Assembly (NCBI GenBank): GCA_951406725.2
Contig: OX597817.1
Span: forward strand, 3,844,001 to 3,908,000
Reading direction: 5' to 3'
From: Octopus vulgaris
Lineage: Eukaryota
DNA: 64,000 nucleotides
Under the pieces are notes generated by a model. The model saw nothing but the letters and a program-made list of their open reading frames with translations, was not told where the DNA came from and made no database searches. Below, piece after piece: positions 27,040-39,290 of the stretch (the stretch's first letter is position 1; each line of letters starts with the position of its first letter). A program made the position numbers and the translations under genes.

Positions 27040-28660
27040 TAAAGCTGGCAGAATCGTTACCGCGCTGGGTAAAATGGTTAAAGGCATTTCGTCCGTCTTT
27101 ACGCTTAAGTTCAAATCTGCTGAGATCGAATTTGCCTTTCATCCTTTCAGTACCAGTCGAGCACTGGGGTCGATATAATCGACTTAACCAACGCCCTGAA
27201 GTTGCTGGCCTCGTGCTAAAATTTGAAATCATTATTCTTTCTATTGGCTAATGCAGTGAGATGACAGAATCATTAGCACACCGGGCAAAATACTTTGCGG
27301 TATTTCGTCTGCCGCTACGTTCTGAGATCAAATTCCGCCGAGGTTGACTTTGTCTTTCATTCTTTCGTGGTCGATTAAATAAGTACCAGTTGCGCACTAG
27401 GGTCGATATAATCGACTTAATCCGTTTGTCTGTCCTTGTTTGTCCTCTCTGTGTTTAGCTCCTTGTGGGTAGTAAAGAAATAGGTATTTTGTCCGGCTTT
27501 AGGTTCTGAGTTCAAATTTCGCCTACGTCGACTGTGCCATTCATTCTTTCGGGGTTTTAAAATAAGTACCAGATGATCATTAGGATACATGTAAAGGGTT
27601 AATACTCCCTCAAAACTGCATGCCTTCTGCCAAAAATTAAAACCAATATTCTTTCTACTGGAACGTGAAACCGAAATTTTGGAGTGACGTCGTGTGTTGA
27701 TTACTCGTCCCCAGTGATTATTTTAATGTAAAAGGAACGATCGATCTCGGTCGGTCTCGAACTCAGAGAGTAAAGTCAGAGTCCTATGAATTTCGTCCGA
27801 CTTGCTAACAATTCTGCCAGGTCTCCGGTACTTATTTTATCGACACCAAAAGGTGGAATTTAAATTCAGAACGATTTTGCCTGCTTGCTGCCTTGTGGTG
27901 GTTGTAATATTGATTTCATATTTTTGTACAAGGCCCACAATGTGGTAAATCAATTATATCAACTCCAGTACTCTACAAGTACTTATTTTGTTAACCCCGA
28001 AAAGATGAAAGGCTAATGTCGACCTCGACGAAGTTTGAGCTCAGAATATAAAGACGGACGAAATGTCGCTAAGCATTTTAGTTCGGCGTGCTAACGATTC
28101 CGACATTTTGCCGCCTTACATGGTGGTAGTAATACAAATTTCAAATATTGGTATATGGCTAGCAAGTCTGGGTGAGGTTGATAAGTCTACCAGCTCACCT
28201 TCTTATTAACAATTTTTAATATTACAACCACCATTAAGGCGGCAGAATTGTTAGCACGCCGGACAAAATGCTTAGCTGTTTTTCGCCCGTCTTTACGTTC
28301 TGAGTTCAAATTCCGCCGAGTTTAACTTTGTCTTTTATCCTTTCGGGGTAGATAAAACAAGTACCAGTTGAGGACTGGGGGTCGATGCAATCAACTTAGC
28401 CCCTCATCAAGTATCCTGACCTTGATCCAAATATTGACGCCACTATTACAACCACCGGGCGAGCTGGCAGTATCATTGGACGCCGGACAAAATGCTTAGC
28501 GGCATTTTGCCCATTTTTATGTTCTGAGTTCAAATACCAACGAAGTCGACTTTACCGTTTATCCTACCAAGCCGATAAAATTAGTACCATATGAACTTTG
28601 GGGTCCATGTAATCGACTTATCCCCTTCCTCGAATGTACTGGTCGTGCGCCAGAATTAGA
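27040..28660. mobile_element. Cluster of about 7-8 Meta-like tRNA SINE copies in both orientations
   Basis: Repeated GGCAGAATxGTTAGCAC, TTCTGAGTTCAAATTCCGCCGAG and CTTTCATCCTTTCGGGG..AAGTACCAG motifs. Confidence 0.8.
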
Positions 28661-29593
28661 AACAAATATTTAATGTTGTTAGTATGGTTGTTTATTTCGT
28701 TTAGGGATTTGGTTTGCAAGATTCTTTATATGAGTTCGTGTGTTGAAACATATTCTGTTGTGTCTGGGGAGAGTAATTTTCTTTTTATGCCTTATAATGT
28801 AACACATTCACCAGTGAAATTTCCACTTATTTCGTATTTTTATTTTCCAAAAATGTTCGTTGCGTCTTGCAACCTTTTCAATAGTCTTGACTATTAAAGA
28901 TGTAGTGGCTGTAAACCGGTTACCCTTTTGTATATTTTGCACTATAAATCCAATCTGTGTAGTTTTAAAGGCGGTAGAAAGTGATCTGTAGGAGATTTGC
29001 CTGCTTTTCTTGAAAATTGAGCAAACTGTTTCGCGACACTTTTGGCAGTGTAAAATGAATGTTGAAGGTTTACAGTTCAATGATGAGGCTAATGACAATG
29101 ATGTTAATGGTGTTTGCAGAGGCCCCGACGGTAACATAGAAGAAATATATGGGGGGGGGGCGGTGACGATGAGAATTTAAAAGCGCTGTGGTGGTGGTGG
29201 TGACAGTACCCTTGAAATGGACGCGTTGTAGTGAAGTTTCTTATGATATCACTGAATAAACTGAAGTAGCTCGTGACAGCTGGTAGACGCATTAGTGAAA
29301 CTGTTCTTTGTTAGTAGTGATGAAAGTGTTGAGACAGGTTTTGGCTAAGTAACAGGATCGCTGAAAGTGGAATTGTCTCACATGCACAAATGCACCTTAA
29401 CAAAAATATATATTTATGTACGAATTTCAATAAGATTTACGACTTAGTTTCAAATAACAAGGACTGACAAGTACTCCTTACTGTAATCGACGAAAATGTC
29501 TTCTGTGTTCATAATTTAAATTGTACTCAGATCGTATTCGCAAATTTATAATAATTTCATGGACTTATTCATGTATGTACAAACACATACAAT

Positions 29594-29930
29594 CGAGATC
29601 CCCTTCGGTCATGACTGACCGTGGGATTGCACCTAGGAAGTTACCCTCCTAAGAACAAGCCCGGGTAAGGTTGTTTATGGAAAACCAGTAGTTACCCATG
29701 CATACCGGCCTCCTCTCTCCATGCTACCTGTGTTATCCAAGGGAAAGGCAAAGGGGCCGATACAGCTTGGCACCTGTGACGACGCAACTCATTTCTACAG
29801 ATGAGTAAACTGGAGCAACGTGAAGTAAAGTGCCTTGCTAAAGAACACAACACGCAGCCCGGTCCAGGATTCGAACTCACAACCTCACGATCGTAAGCCC
29901 GACGCTCTAACCACTGAGCCATGCACCTTC
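29594..29930 (-). mobile_element. Near full-length tRNA-derived CORE-like SINE
   Basis: Minus strand has A-box TGGCTCAGTGG, B-box GAGTTCGAATCC and the CORE-like GCAAGGCACTTTACTTCACGTTGCTCCAGTTTACTCATCTGTAGAAATGAG. Confidence 0.85.
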
Positions 29931-30529
29931 ATACACATACAACTACACATACATAAATACATACATATAAAAATGTGTGTGTATGTGTGTGTGTTCACGC
30001 GCGTGCATGTTTGTATTCATAAGTAAACGAGTTTTTAGTTTTTACGAACGGGAAGGTATTTAACATATAAATTAGATAGCTTATTCATTTACAAATCGAA
30101 TTGACTTTCAGTCGATAAATTCAAGCCATTGACATTGCAGAAATATTTCACAATATACAATCAAAAATATTCAGAAATACTTCGAGTTATGGTTAGAAAA
30201 GTCTACATTGTTTATATTTTTGTGTGCACTGAAATAAACGTCAGAAAGTATTTTATGCGTTCGCCTATTCAGACATCTTGGAAAGAACACTTTATATATT
30301 TTCATCTATTCACGTGTTGCTTTCATTTACGACTACGCAAAGAAGGCAGCTATTCTTTTAGTATTAATGAGTAAATGAAAGTTTTTCTTCTTCAAATAGT
30401 TATTTCTTAGGGGATATTAAGTCCATTGTGAGAGAGTGGAGCTAATTTAGCCAGTTGGGGTTTGAAAATTCTTCAATAAATAGCGAGGTATTTACAAGGA
30501 TTCATCAATTTCATCATTTCTTGAAATTA

Positions 30530-31669
30530 CTAGCAATGCATCCGGGCGTTGCCCGGGTGTTAAGACCTACAGCCACATTATATTATTTGTTCCATTCTCA
30601 TGGGCAGAATCGGCATTACTGGCGTAATGGAAGTTATTGTTTGTTTAAAAGTGAAATGGGGAGGGTACAATTTGCATACGTTGGCATGAAAGTACTTTCT
30701 GTTCTTAAGAAGGATCACAAACTCTATTTTGTTTCATCGTATAAAGGTGGGGTTAATACGATTTTGTCCAGAAATCACGCTTTCAAAATTTTAATTACCG
30801 CCCCCCCCCCCCCCGTTCCCACCACGATTTCTTAATTTGTTACTTTGGATGAATTTCTTTTATGCACGTAGAAAAATGCAGAGATTACGAATCTGGGAAA
30901 TATATAAATTATTTTTAAAGTTTAATTTTTCTTGAAGAAACATTCACTGCCCCTTCCTCCAGCTCACCCAGCCATCACATACCCGCTTTCAGAAAGCTGA
31001 AGCGTCTCAGTGTCTCACTTTCGAGACAATTGCGTAGAATTGTACTGCAATAGCAGACGTAAAGCCTACCAGACCATCAACAGAAAACCCGACATGGTAG
31101 AAACAATAAGCAAACGATATTATTTCTGAAGAAACTTTCCCGCCTTCCAAAGTGCTAGAAGGGAAATTTTGGGAGTTTGTAGCTTTTTGAAAGTAGTGAG
31201 TTGATGGGTGGATGTTTGGGAAGAAAATTTTAGTGCTTCTTTAAGAAAAAAGACGAAAATTCTTAGATTCGTACAATCCCTTTTTTCTCCGTGAATTACA
31301 AAGAAAATAATTTGAAGAAAAGTAAAACATAAAGAAATTGGGGTGGGGAGGGAGAAAATTAAATTATTGAGAACGTCTTTTGGGGGCGACACCTTAATCT
31401 CCTGTATCAAAAACATAGGAATGGGAAGACAATTGGGAAAAAAATAAGGGCGGGCCGCAAATGTCAGTCCGCACTTGCTAGAAACAACAGGTAAAGAACA
31501 GGATTTCTAGGGACAATTTCTCTTTAAGTTTATATCGAAGATTACGTTTCTAAATACGCTCATCGCAAACAGGAATTACAGAACAGGTCATTTCAAGTGG
31601 ATTTGAGCTGTAATTTTACACGTGTACACAGCAAGAAATCACATAATTTATGCAGAAGTTTTATTTAGA
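30530..31669 (-). mobile_element. Non-autonomous Helitron-like element (3' end firm, 5' end approximate)
   Basis: The minus strand ends CCCGGGCAACGCCCGG (hairpin) ATGCATTG CTAG|T, the same terminal architecture as 57789-58182. Confidence 0.55.
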
Positions 31670-34600
31670 GTGTGTGTGTGTGTGCCAAAGGAAGCCATTT
31701 TATGACATTCCTTCGTTTGAAACAGCAAGGTTGTCAACTCGATCATATGGCATGATATGGTTGTTCGATAATTTCCATAATTTAAAAAATTTCTTTATGA
31801 TTTGAAGAGAGCAAAAATTTAAAGAGAGAAAGTGAAAATGTGACATTTGCATTGAAGTGAGAGCAGACAGGGAAATAGAGGAGAAAGATTCATGTATCTG
31901 TACATGAAATGAACGTGTGTATGTCTGTGTGCGTATGTATGTATGTTTGTGTGTGAGAGAGAAAGAGAGAGTGGGTGAGTGACTGAAGGTGTCTTGTCAT
32001 GTTTGCCTTTTTTGCATGTATGTGTAAGTGGCACTCTCTCTCTCTCACACACACTCACATATTATCTTCCATATGCACGTACATAAATACATATGCATAC
32101 ATCTTTTTTGTGAGAATGTGTGCGGTGCATGAGAGGGAGAGAGAGAGAGAGGGAGAGAGTGAGTGAGTGACTGTATTTCCTCATAACATATAGACAAATG
32201 GATGTCTTTTAAGGAAATTATTTTGGTTGTGGCTTATTTTAATACAATATTTAAGTGATAATTTTCATAAATCATCCTGTCTCTGAGGGTACGACTAGTC
32301 TTACCCTTATAGTCTTTGTGGCACTTTTCCCACCTAATGGCATAAAGTAAATTCTTTGATGTGCAGGTGAAGTTATTTGTTACGACAAAAGTGTATCCTG
32401 ACTGAAATTTATATATTGTTCTTTCAATGAGGTGGATGCAAGTTCTGCAGTTAGATAGACCACATTTTTTGACGGTGGGTGTTGTGCTTGTGTTGGATAA
32501 TTTTGCATTGGTAATCTTTTTAGAGATCTGGGTTGTCTCTTGCTTTTTATCATTTTATGGGTTTCGAGTGCTTTTTTAGACGTGGGTTTTGACTCAGGAA
32601 TGGGATGTTCTTGTATATAATCGTGTAAACTTCTGTATGTCTTAGATTGTGTGCTAAGAGTTATGGAAGACTATTTAATGTACCTGTAATTGTGCGGAGA
32701 GTTAATGAATGATATTTCATTTGTTTTTCAATTAATGAATTATGGTATTTTATTACATATAATGTTCTCTTGCATGCGTTTTGATTAATAGTATTGCAAC
32801 TGCAAATATGATGTGTTTATGATGTGTGCAGCTGCACTTTAATGCATAATTTTCGTTTTGTCTGAAGAAACAAGGCTGTGCTTAGAGAATGTCACTCCCA
32901 GCAAGAGGAATACTATAAGCAAGGAAAACAATAAAAATATCCTACAGTGACTTTCTTAACATGCTAAACAAAAAATTAACAACATGGAAACACATCCATG
33001 TTTCTGGAAAGAGAAGAAAAAATTATTTCCGGAAGTGTTACCTGCATAATCTACAGTCACCTTTTCAAGAAGATCGTAAGACTCATGAAAGATAACTCAC
33101 GTTAAGAAAAAGATGTTGTCAGCATAAAAGAGGTCATTTGGTTGAGGTTACTACTAGTGCTTAACATTATTTTAGCCAAGACATTTTCACACTGGTTTTA
33201 CAAAGTGTATTGTGCGCAGCAATGTTTCACAGTAAATTTAGACCAACAAATATTGTTGTGTATTCGAGTATACAGACTAAACTGTTCCACCCACATTGCT
33301 TGAGACTTTTCAAAGTCGAGTCATTTTATTTCCTGTTTCCCATAAATCATGGATGTCATAATCTGTTTCAGAGAAAAGTATTCGTGCGTTTGTATACACA
33401 TTCACACACACATTAGAAGAAGAAGAATCCACAGTGGCCGACGTGTTTTCGCCGCTCCTGACCTGTCAGCGGCCGAAGACACAGAAGACACAGAATAACA
33501 AATACAACCCAGCAGGATTACTGATAAACAACTGTAATTACTGGAAGATCTACTATTTTCTGTGAGTAATTTGAATTTCCCTCAAAATAAGTTAAAGAAT
33601 TCCAAACCTACAGTTTGGGACAAAAATTTTAGAATCATAAATATCTCCATTTTTGTGTGAACATTTTGCCGTCACCTCTTCCTTGAGTATCAGATTATGT
33701 AAAATGCCTTTATTGTAACAACACAATTAAATGCACGCTAAAAGTATGGACGTAAACACCAGCTAACCTTTATCTTCTTCTTGACATACCTTTTATAGCA
33801 ATTGCATTATTAAACACGCGGAGAATAAGAAGAAAAAAAGAAAAAAGAAAAGAAAAATACTATTTATAGTTTTGCTCTGCTCGTACATGACTCTATTCAC
33901 AAGTACTGCTTATAGTCGGCCCCTCCTTTGATTTTTCTCAAAGTCAAGGTCACTGTTTCACAAGTTCCATCAACACTGTTGCGGTCAATTTGAACTCTAT
34001 TTGACCGACCGTTCTTCATCTCACTTCATGAGCTATTTACTATTGCTGCTATCAGAATTTACTGCAGTTACTACTATCGCTACAATTAGAAACATTCAAG
34101 TTGACGATGAAACCGAAATATCTTTCTCCGGGTCTGAAGTATACCGGTGGCACCAACGAAAAATCCCTTTCTTTCTCTGTGCTGGGAGAAAAGAGAATTT
34201 ACTATAAAAACAAACCCCCAGCCCTCCCTCCAACGTATAATTTACTTTAAAAAGAAATACTTTAAAAGGGAAAAACGTGAGAATAAAAAGAAAAATTAAT
34301 AATCTAATTTAACAATAGACAAAAACATGTGCCTTCTCGCACATAAACACAGTATTCAAACATGCGCAGATGCAATTATTGAAGTACTAAATGGCACGTC
34401 AAGTGATATTTAATCGTGTGGAACATGTTACATGCATATCAATATTCTAAAGTTTGGACATACTATCCCTTATCCTAAAGCTGCTTCAGACAATTAGGAA
34501 GGGTTCCCGACTCGTTGCACCGTCTGCTTTCAATCTTGGATTGTGATTCGGCTCAGCCCAAACTCTCTCAGTTTTAGTCTGCTGTGCCTACTCCTACAAG

Positions 34601-34681
34601 GATTGCACCTGTTTTTGTTCCTGATTTAACCCCGATTTCTCCTAGAGCCCATAGAGGATTGTTTTTAGTCAACCATCCATC

Positions 34682-36142
34682 ATGTCAGCTACCTACGCAT
34701 CGAAACTGAGATCTGCAAGTAGGGCTTCTCATCAAGATGATGGTCCTACCAACAGTCAGCTCAACGAACAGTTGCTGTTGCTCAAACAAGAGGTTGAGCA
34801 CCTAAAGTCTGTTGTTGCTCTCTTACTGAATAAACAGTCTCCTGTTGACGCAGAGTCACCCTTGATTTCTTCCCTGGAGACGTCCAAACCGAAGGGAACA
34901 AAATCGAGGCGGCCAAAGAAGGCGAAGGAACCGGCGGTCGTTTCTGCACATGATCGTTCCCGTGCGGATTCTTCCTCATCTGCCTTTTCGGTCCCGGAGG
35001 TTCCCCAACCTAATTTGAGGAGCGTAGACTCAAACCCACCTGAAGACCGTTGTTCTCCCCAAATGAAGAAACGTCGTCAAAACTCCAGTGGGGCGGATTT
35101 AGCTATGAAACCTGACCACGATAAACGGTCTCCTGTTGACGCAGAGTCACCCTTGATTTCTTCCCTGGAGACGTCCAAACCGAAGGGAACAAAATCGAAG
35201 CGACCAAAGAAGGCGAAGGAACCGGCGGTCGTTCCTGCACATGATCGTTCCTGTGCGGATTCTTCCTCATCTGCCTTTTCGGTCCCGGAGGTTCCCCAAC
35301 CTAGTTCGAGGAGCGTAGACTCAAACCCACCTGAAGACCGTTGTTCTCCCCAAAAGAAGAAACGTAGTCAAAACTCCAGAGGGGCAGATTTGGCTATGAA
35401 ACCTGATCACGATAAAATCTGTTTGGATTCTCCTTCACTTGTCCTTCCCATTAATGCCATTGCTCAACCAATTCTGAACGATCTCGATGTGGGTTCATCT
35501 GGGGAGTGGTGCTCCCCCAAACCGAAGAAGAGGCAGTGCAGTTCCAAACCAGGCGGGAAAATTATGACCACTAAATCCATTCCGATCGACCCCACAGGCC
35601 GACATAAGTCCGATGGCTATGAAACCACTCTTTCGAAATCCTCCAACGAAGAATCGAATACCGCAGCTCATAGTAGAGAACTTTTTGCCCACTCAAGATC
35701 GGCAATAATATATGGCAAAGCGGAATCCACCTGTGATACAGGCATAAACCGCCTAAAAGATGACATTAATTTTGTTTCCATTTTGGTTGGAAAATTGTTC
35801 TCTGTGAACGAAAATGTCAGTGTTCTTAAGGTCGCTCGGCTAGGAAGATTCCAAGCGAACCCAACCGCAGATACTAGACCACGCCCAATAAGGGTAATCT
35901 TTTCTTCTGATCGGGAGGCTTCAGTCTTTCTGAACAGAGCTCAGACGCATGCCTGGGAGGACCCCAATATGGGTTTTCGCGAGGAATACTCACTAAGAGA
36001 GAGAATTCGCCGGAGGAACCTGATATCCGAGCTAAAGATGAGGAAACAAATGGGAGAGAAGGGTTTACGAATCCAAGATGGACAGATAATCAAGTCCTAC
36101 CTCTGGTCCCATGCTGTAGTGCTGACAGGGAAAGTGATGTGA
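34682..36142 (+). CDS. LINE ORF1 protein (coiled-coil start, 97-aa duplication, C-terminal RRM/CTD-like region)
   Basis: 486-aa ATG-initiated ORF upstream of APE-RT. SAIIYGKAES, RLGRF..RPRPIRVIF and EEYSLRERIRRR resemble CR1/L2-type ORF1. Confidence 0.8.
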   Translation: MSATYASKLRSASRASHQDDGPTNSQLNEQLLLLKQEVEHLKSVVALLLNKQSPVDAESPLISSLETSKPKGTKSRRPKKAKEPAVVSAHDRSRADSSSSAFSVPEVPQPNLRSVDSNPPEDRCSPQMKKRRQNSSGADLAMKPDHDKRSPVDAESPLISSLETSKPKGTKSKRPKKAKEPAVVPAHDRSCADSSSSAFSVPEVPQPSSRSVDSNPPEDRCSPQKKKRSQNSRGADLAMKPDHDKICLDSPSLVLPINAIAQPILNDLDVGSSGEWCSPKPKKRQCSSKPGGKIMTTKSIPIDPTGRHKSDGYETTLSKSSNEESNTAAHSRELFAHSRSAIIYGKAESTCDTGINRLKDDINFVSILVGKLFSVNENVSVLKVARLGRFQANPTADTRPRPIRVIFSSDREASVFLNRAQTHAWEDPNMGFREEYSLRERIRRRNLISELKMRKQMGEKGLRIQDGQIIKSYLWSHAVVLTGKVM

Positions 36143-39092
36143 GGGCAAATCGAAGTGAAGTTGATACCCCCGTCAACGATGCTATCTCTGATGCCCTTTA
36201 TTCTGCTTGTTCCCCAACTCCCGCCCCTCAGACTTCACAGCTCAGCATCGTCAACACCAACTCGTGCTCCTTATTCCCAAAGTTCAGTGAACTATTTACA
36301 CTGGCCCTACGCGACTCCCCTGATGTGATAGCTATCACCGAGACTTGGCTGACTCCAGCAGTAAAGGACTCAGAGATCCACCTGCAGGGCTACGTCCTTT
36401 TCAGATGTGACAGAGGAAAAAGGCGAGGTGGAGGTGTTGCTGTGTATGTTAAGTCTGAGCACAAACCGTCCTGCGGTATTCTACCCACAAATGCTCAACC
36501 TACAACCAAATTCGATGCCGTCTATTGCAAGCTGAGCCTATCTGAGTTTTGCCTGCCCGTGTTGGCTGTCTACAGGCCGCCTCTAGCCGACCCCCAGGAC
36601 GATGCTCATCTACTCGAGGCGATAAGATTCGTTTCAGCTTCGCATGACTGCTTGGTACTAGGCGACTTCAACGCTCCCATGATCGATTGGCCCGCATCAA
36701 TTTGTACAACATCTTCCCGGTTCGGCCAGGCCCTTCTTGACGTGGCTGAAGATTGTTTTCTATCGCAACATGTTGAATATCCGACAAGGCATCGGTCTGG
36801 GCAGCAGCCATCTATGCTAGATCTGGTATTCTCCCGCTATCCAAGATCAGTGTCAGACGTATCTGTGTGCGCCCCTCTTGCCAAGAGTGATCATGCGGTC
36901 CTGAAGTTCGTCATGCACACAACTTTTTCCACGCCCACGATTACTTCGCTGCCACGTAGAGTCTTCTCTGCAATTAATCTTGAAATTCTAACCGAGGCTT
37001 CCGCGCTTCTGGACTGGCGTTCCCTGATGACGTTGTCCTCAGTTGACGAACTATGGTCATCCCTCAAAGCATATGTAATCTGTTTGACTGACCAGGCAGT
37101 TCCCGTTGGACTTCCCAAGAGGAAGAAACACAAGCCCTGGGTGACAAAGAAGGTTAAACGAGAACGTCGACTCAGAGATATTGCTTGGGCTGAATTCAAA
37201 AATCTGGATTCGACTGCAGCTTTTGAGGTGTACAAAACTCAACGAGACCGAGCCGTGAAAATTGAAAAGAAAGAACGCTTCAGTTATGAATACAAAATCG
37301 CGGCAAATGCCAGTAGCAATCCAAAAACCTTCTTTGCCCATGTCCAGCGGAATTCCCGCTTGAACAACCAGATTGTAACATTGGTAGACTCAACAGGCGT
37401 ATCGATTGAGGACCCTTATCAACAGAGTCAATTATTTGCGGAGGCTTTTTCAACTATTTTCAAACAAGATGATGGTCGTGAACCCCCTCCATTTGATAGA
37501 TCGGTACCTCCAATGCTTCGATTGATCATCACGCGGGACCAAGTCAAACGTGTTATTCAAGGCCTCGATGTCAACAAGGGTCACGGCCCTGACGGCATAC
37601 ACCCACGGGTTATCAAAGCGTTGGCTCCGGTCATCTGCGAGCCCTTAACACGACTATTCAATATGTCATTGGCGACGGGTGTTATACCTGCAGACTGGAG
37701 AACAGCGATAATCTGCCCAATTTTCAAGAAAGGGAGCCGCGAAGACCCGCTTAACTACCGACCGGTTTCCCTTACATCAATAATCAGCAAGATGTTCGAA
37801 ACCATCCTTAAGAAAAGTATGATGCTCCACCTCCTAAGCACAGCCTCGATCACTGATTCCCAACACGGCTTCGTGCCGAAGAGATCATGCTTGACCAACT
37901 TACTAGTAATGGAAGAATTGGTGACGCGCATCCTCGATGATAGTGATGCTGTTGACATCGTTTTATTGGACTTTGCCAAAGCTTTTGACTCGGTAAACCA
38001 CCGCCTACTACTTATCAAGCTTCAAGCATATAGTTTCCATCCGGATATTGTACGATGGGTTGGTGCCTTCCTCTCAGATCGCTCCTTCCAAGTTCAAGTT
38101 AATGGTTCGCGGTCCGACGTCTCCAGTGCGAGCAGTGGCGTGCCTCAAGGTTCAGTGCTTGGGCCCTTGTTGTTCTTAGTCTTCATAAATGACTTGCCCG
38201 ACGACCTCACGCAACACACCCTTCTATTTGCCGACGATATCAAACTGGTCGCTCCTCGCGGTAGTATAGAGGATCTTCGTCGATGCCTCCACCAAATTTG
38301 GAAGTGGTCTAACGATTGGGACCTGTGTCTGAACGTGTCAAAGTGCTGTCATCTGCCTGTCGGCTCTACTCCTACAACTCAACTTGATTTCGAGCTGGGT
38401 CGTCTGCTGCTGGAGAGGACCGATCAGGTAAAGGACCTGGGTATCTTGGTGGATTCCTCCTTTTCGCCTTCGGCCCAGTGCGTCCATGCTGCCAACAAAG
38501 CGCGCGGAATTCTGTTTTTGATTCGACGGTCATTCGGAGTGCTCACAGCAGCCATATTCCTGCCACTCTATGTCACGCTGGTGAGACCCATATTGGAGTA
38601 TGGGATTCAAGCCTCTTCTCCTTATCTCCTCAAAGACATACAGCACCTCGAAAGAGTCCAGAGGCTGGCTACCCGCCTGGTTCATGGTCTCAAAAATTTG
38701 TCCTACGAAGAAAGGCTGAGGACGCTCGACCTTTATTCTCTTGAAAACGCCGCCGCCGTGGTGATCTCATTCTCGCCCACAACATCATAAGCGGGAAGTG
38801 TAACCTCTCGAAAGAGCTGTTCTTCACTCCTGCTCCGGAGCGTCGGCTGCGGGGTCATTCCGAAAAGCTCTACCTGCGACGATTTCATCTCAATCGAAGG
38901 AGAGGAGCTTTCTCCGTCCGGGTTGCGGATCCGTGGAACAAGTTGCCAGATGAGATGGTGAAGATGCCGACGACCGCTTTGTTCAAAGCCTCACTGGACC
39001 TCAAGTGGCCTGAACTTTTACATGAACACCACCCTGTACTTAACTCCATGTCCCCCTACATGGCCTTGCTATTTGCTTTTGAGCCAAATTAA
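36139..39092 (+). CDS. LINE ORF2: APE endonuclease plus reverse transcriptase (one frameshift near 38745)
   Basis: DVIAITETW, GGGVAVY, LGDFNAP, LDLVF and SDH (APE); NYRPVSL, DFAKAFDSV, GVPQGSVLGP and FADD (RT). After the frameshift: RRRRGDLI..RGHSEKL..FSVRVADPWNKLP..FKASLD. Confidence 0.92.
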
Positions 39093-39184
39093 CTAACTAA
39101 CTAACATATATATATACACACAAACGCACATATGCATACACATACATATACAGCCATATATTTGTGTGTATGTATATATATAAA

Positions 39185-39241
<57 letters not shown>

Positions 39242-39245
39242 CTGT

Positions 39246-39290
<45 letters not shown>

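Larger units (their letters stand above)
34460..39105 (+). mobile_element. Near-intact CR1-group LINE with a (TAAC)n tail; the 5' end is uncertain and may extend to about 33415
   Basis: Two long ORFs, higher GC than the flanks, and a 3' tail AACTAACTAACTAAC. Confidence 0.9.

Noticed and set aside
27040-28660. CRISPR-like repeated motifs
   Set aside because: The units are long, diverged, mixed-orientation SINE copies in eukaryotic DNA, with no fixed repeat-spacer periodicity and no cas genes.
33436-33482. HDV-like ribozyme starting GGCCGAC
   Set aside because: P3 and the 3' strand of P1 cannot be paired convincingly; a simple hairpin explains the sequence.
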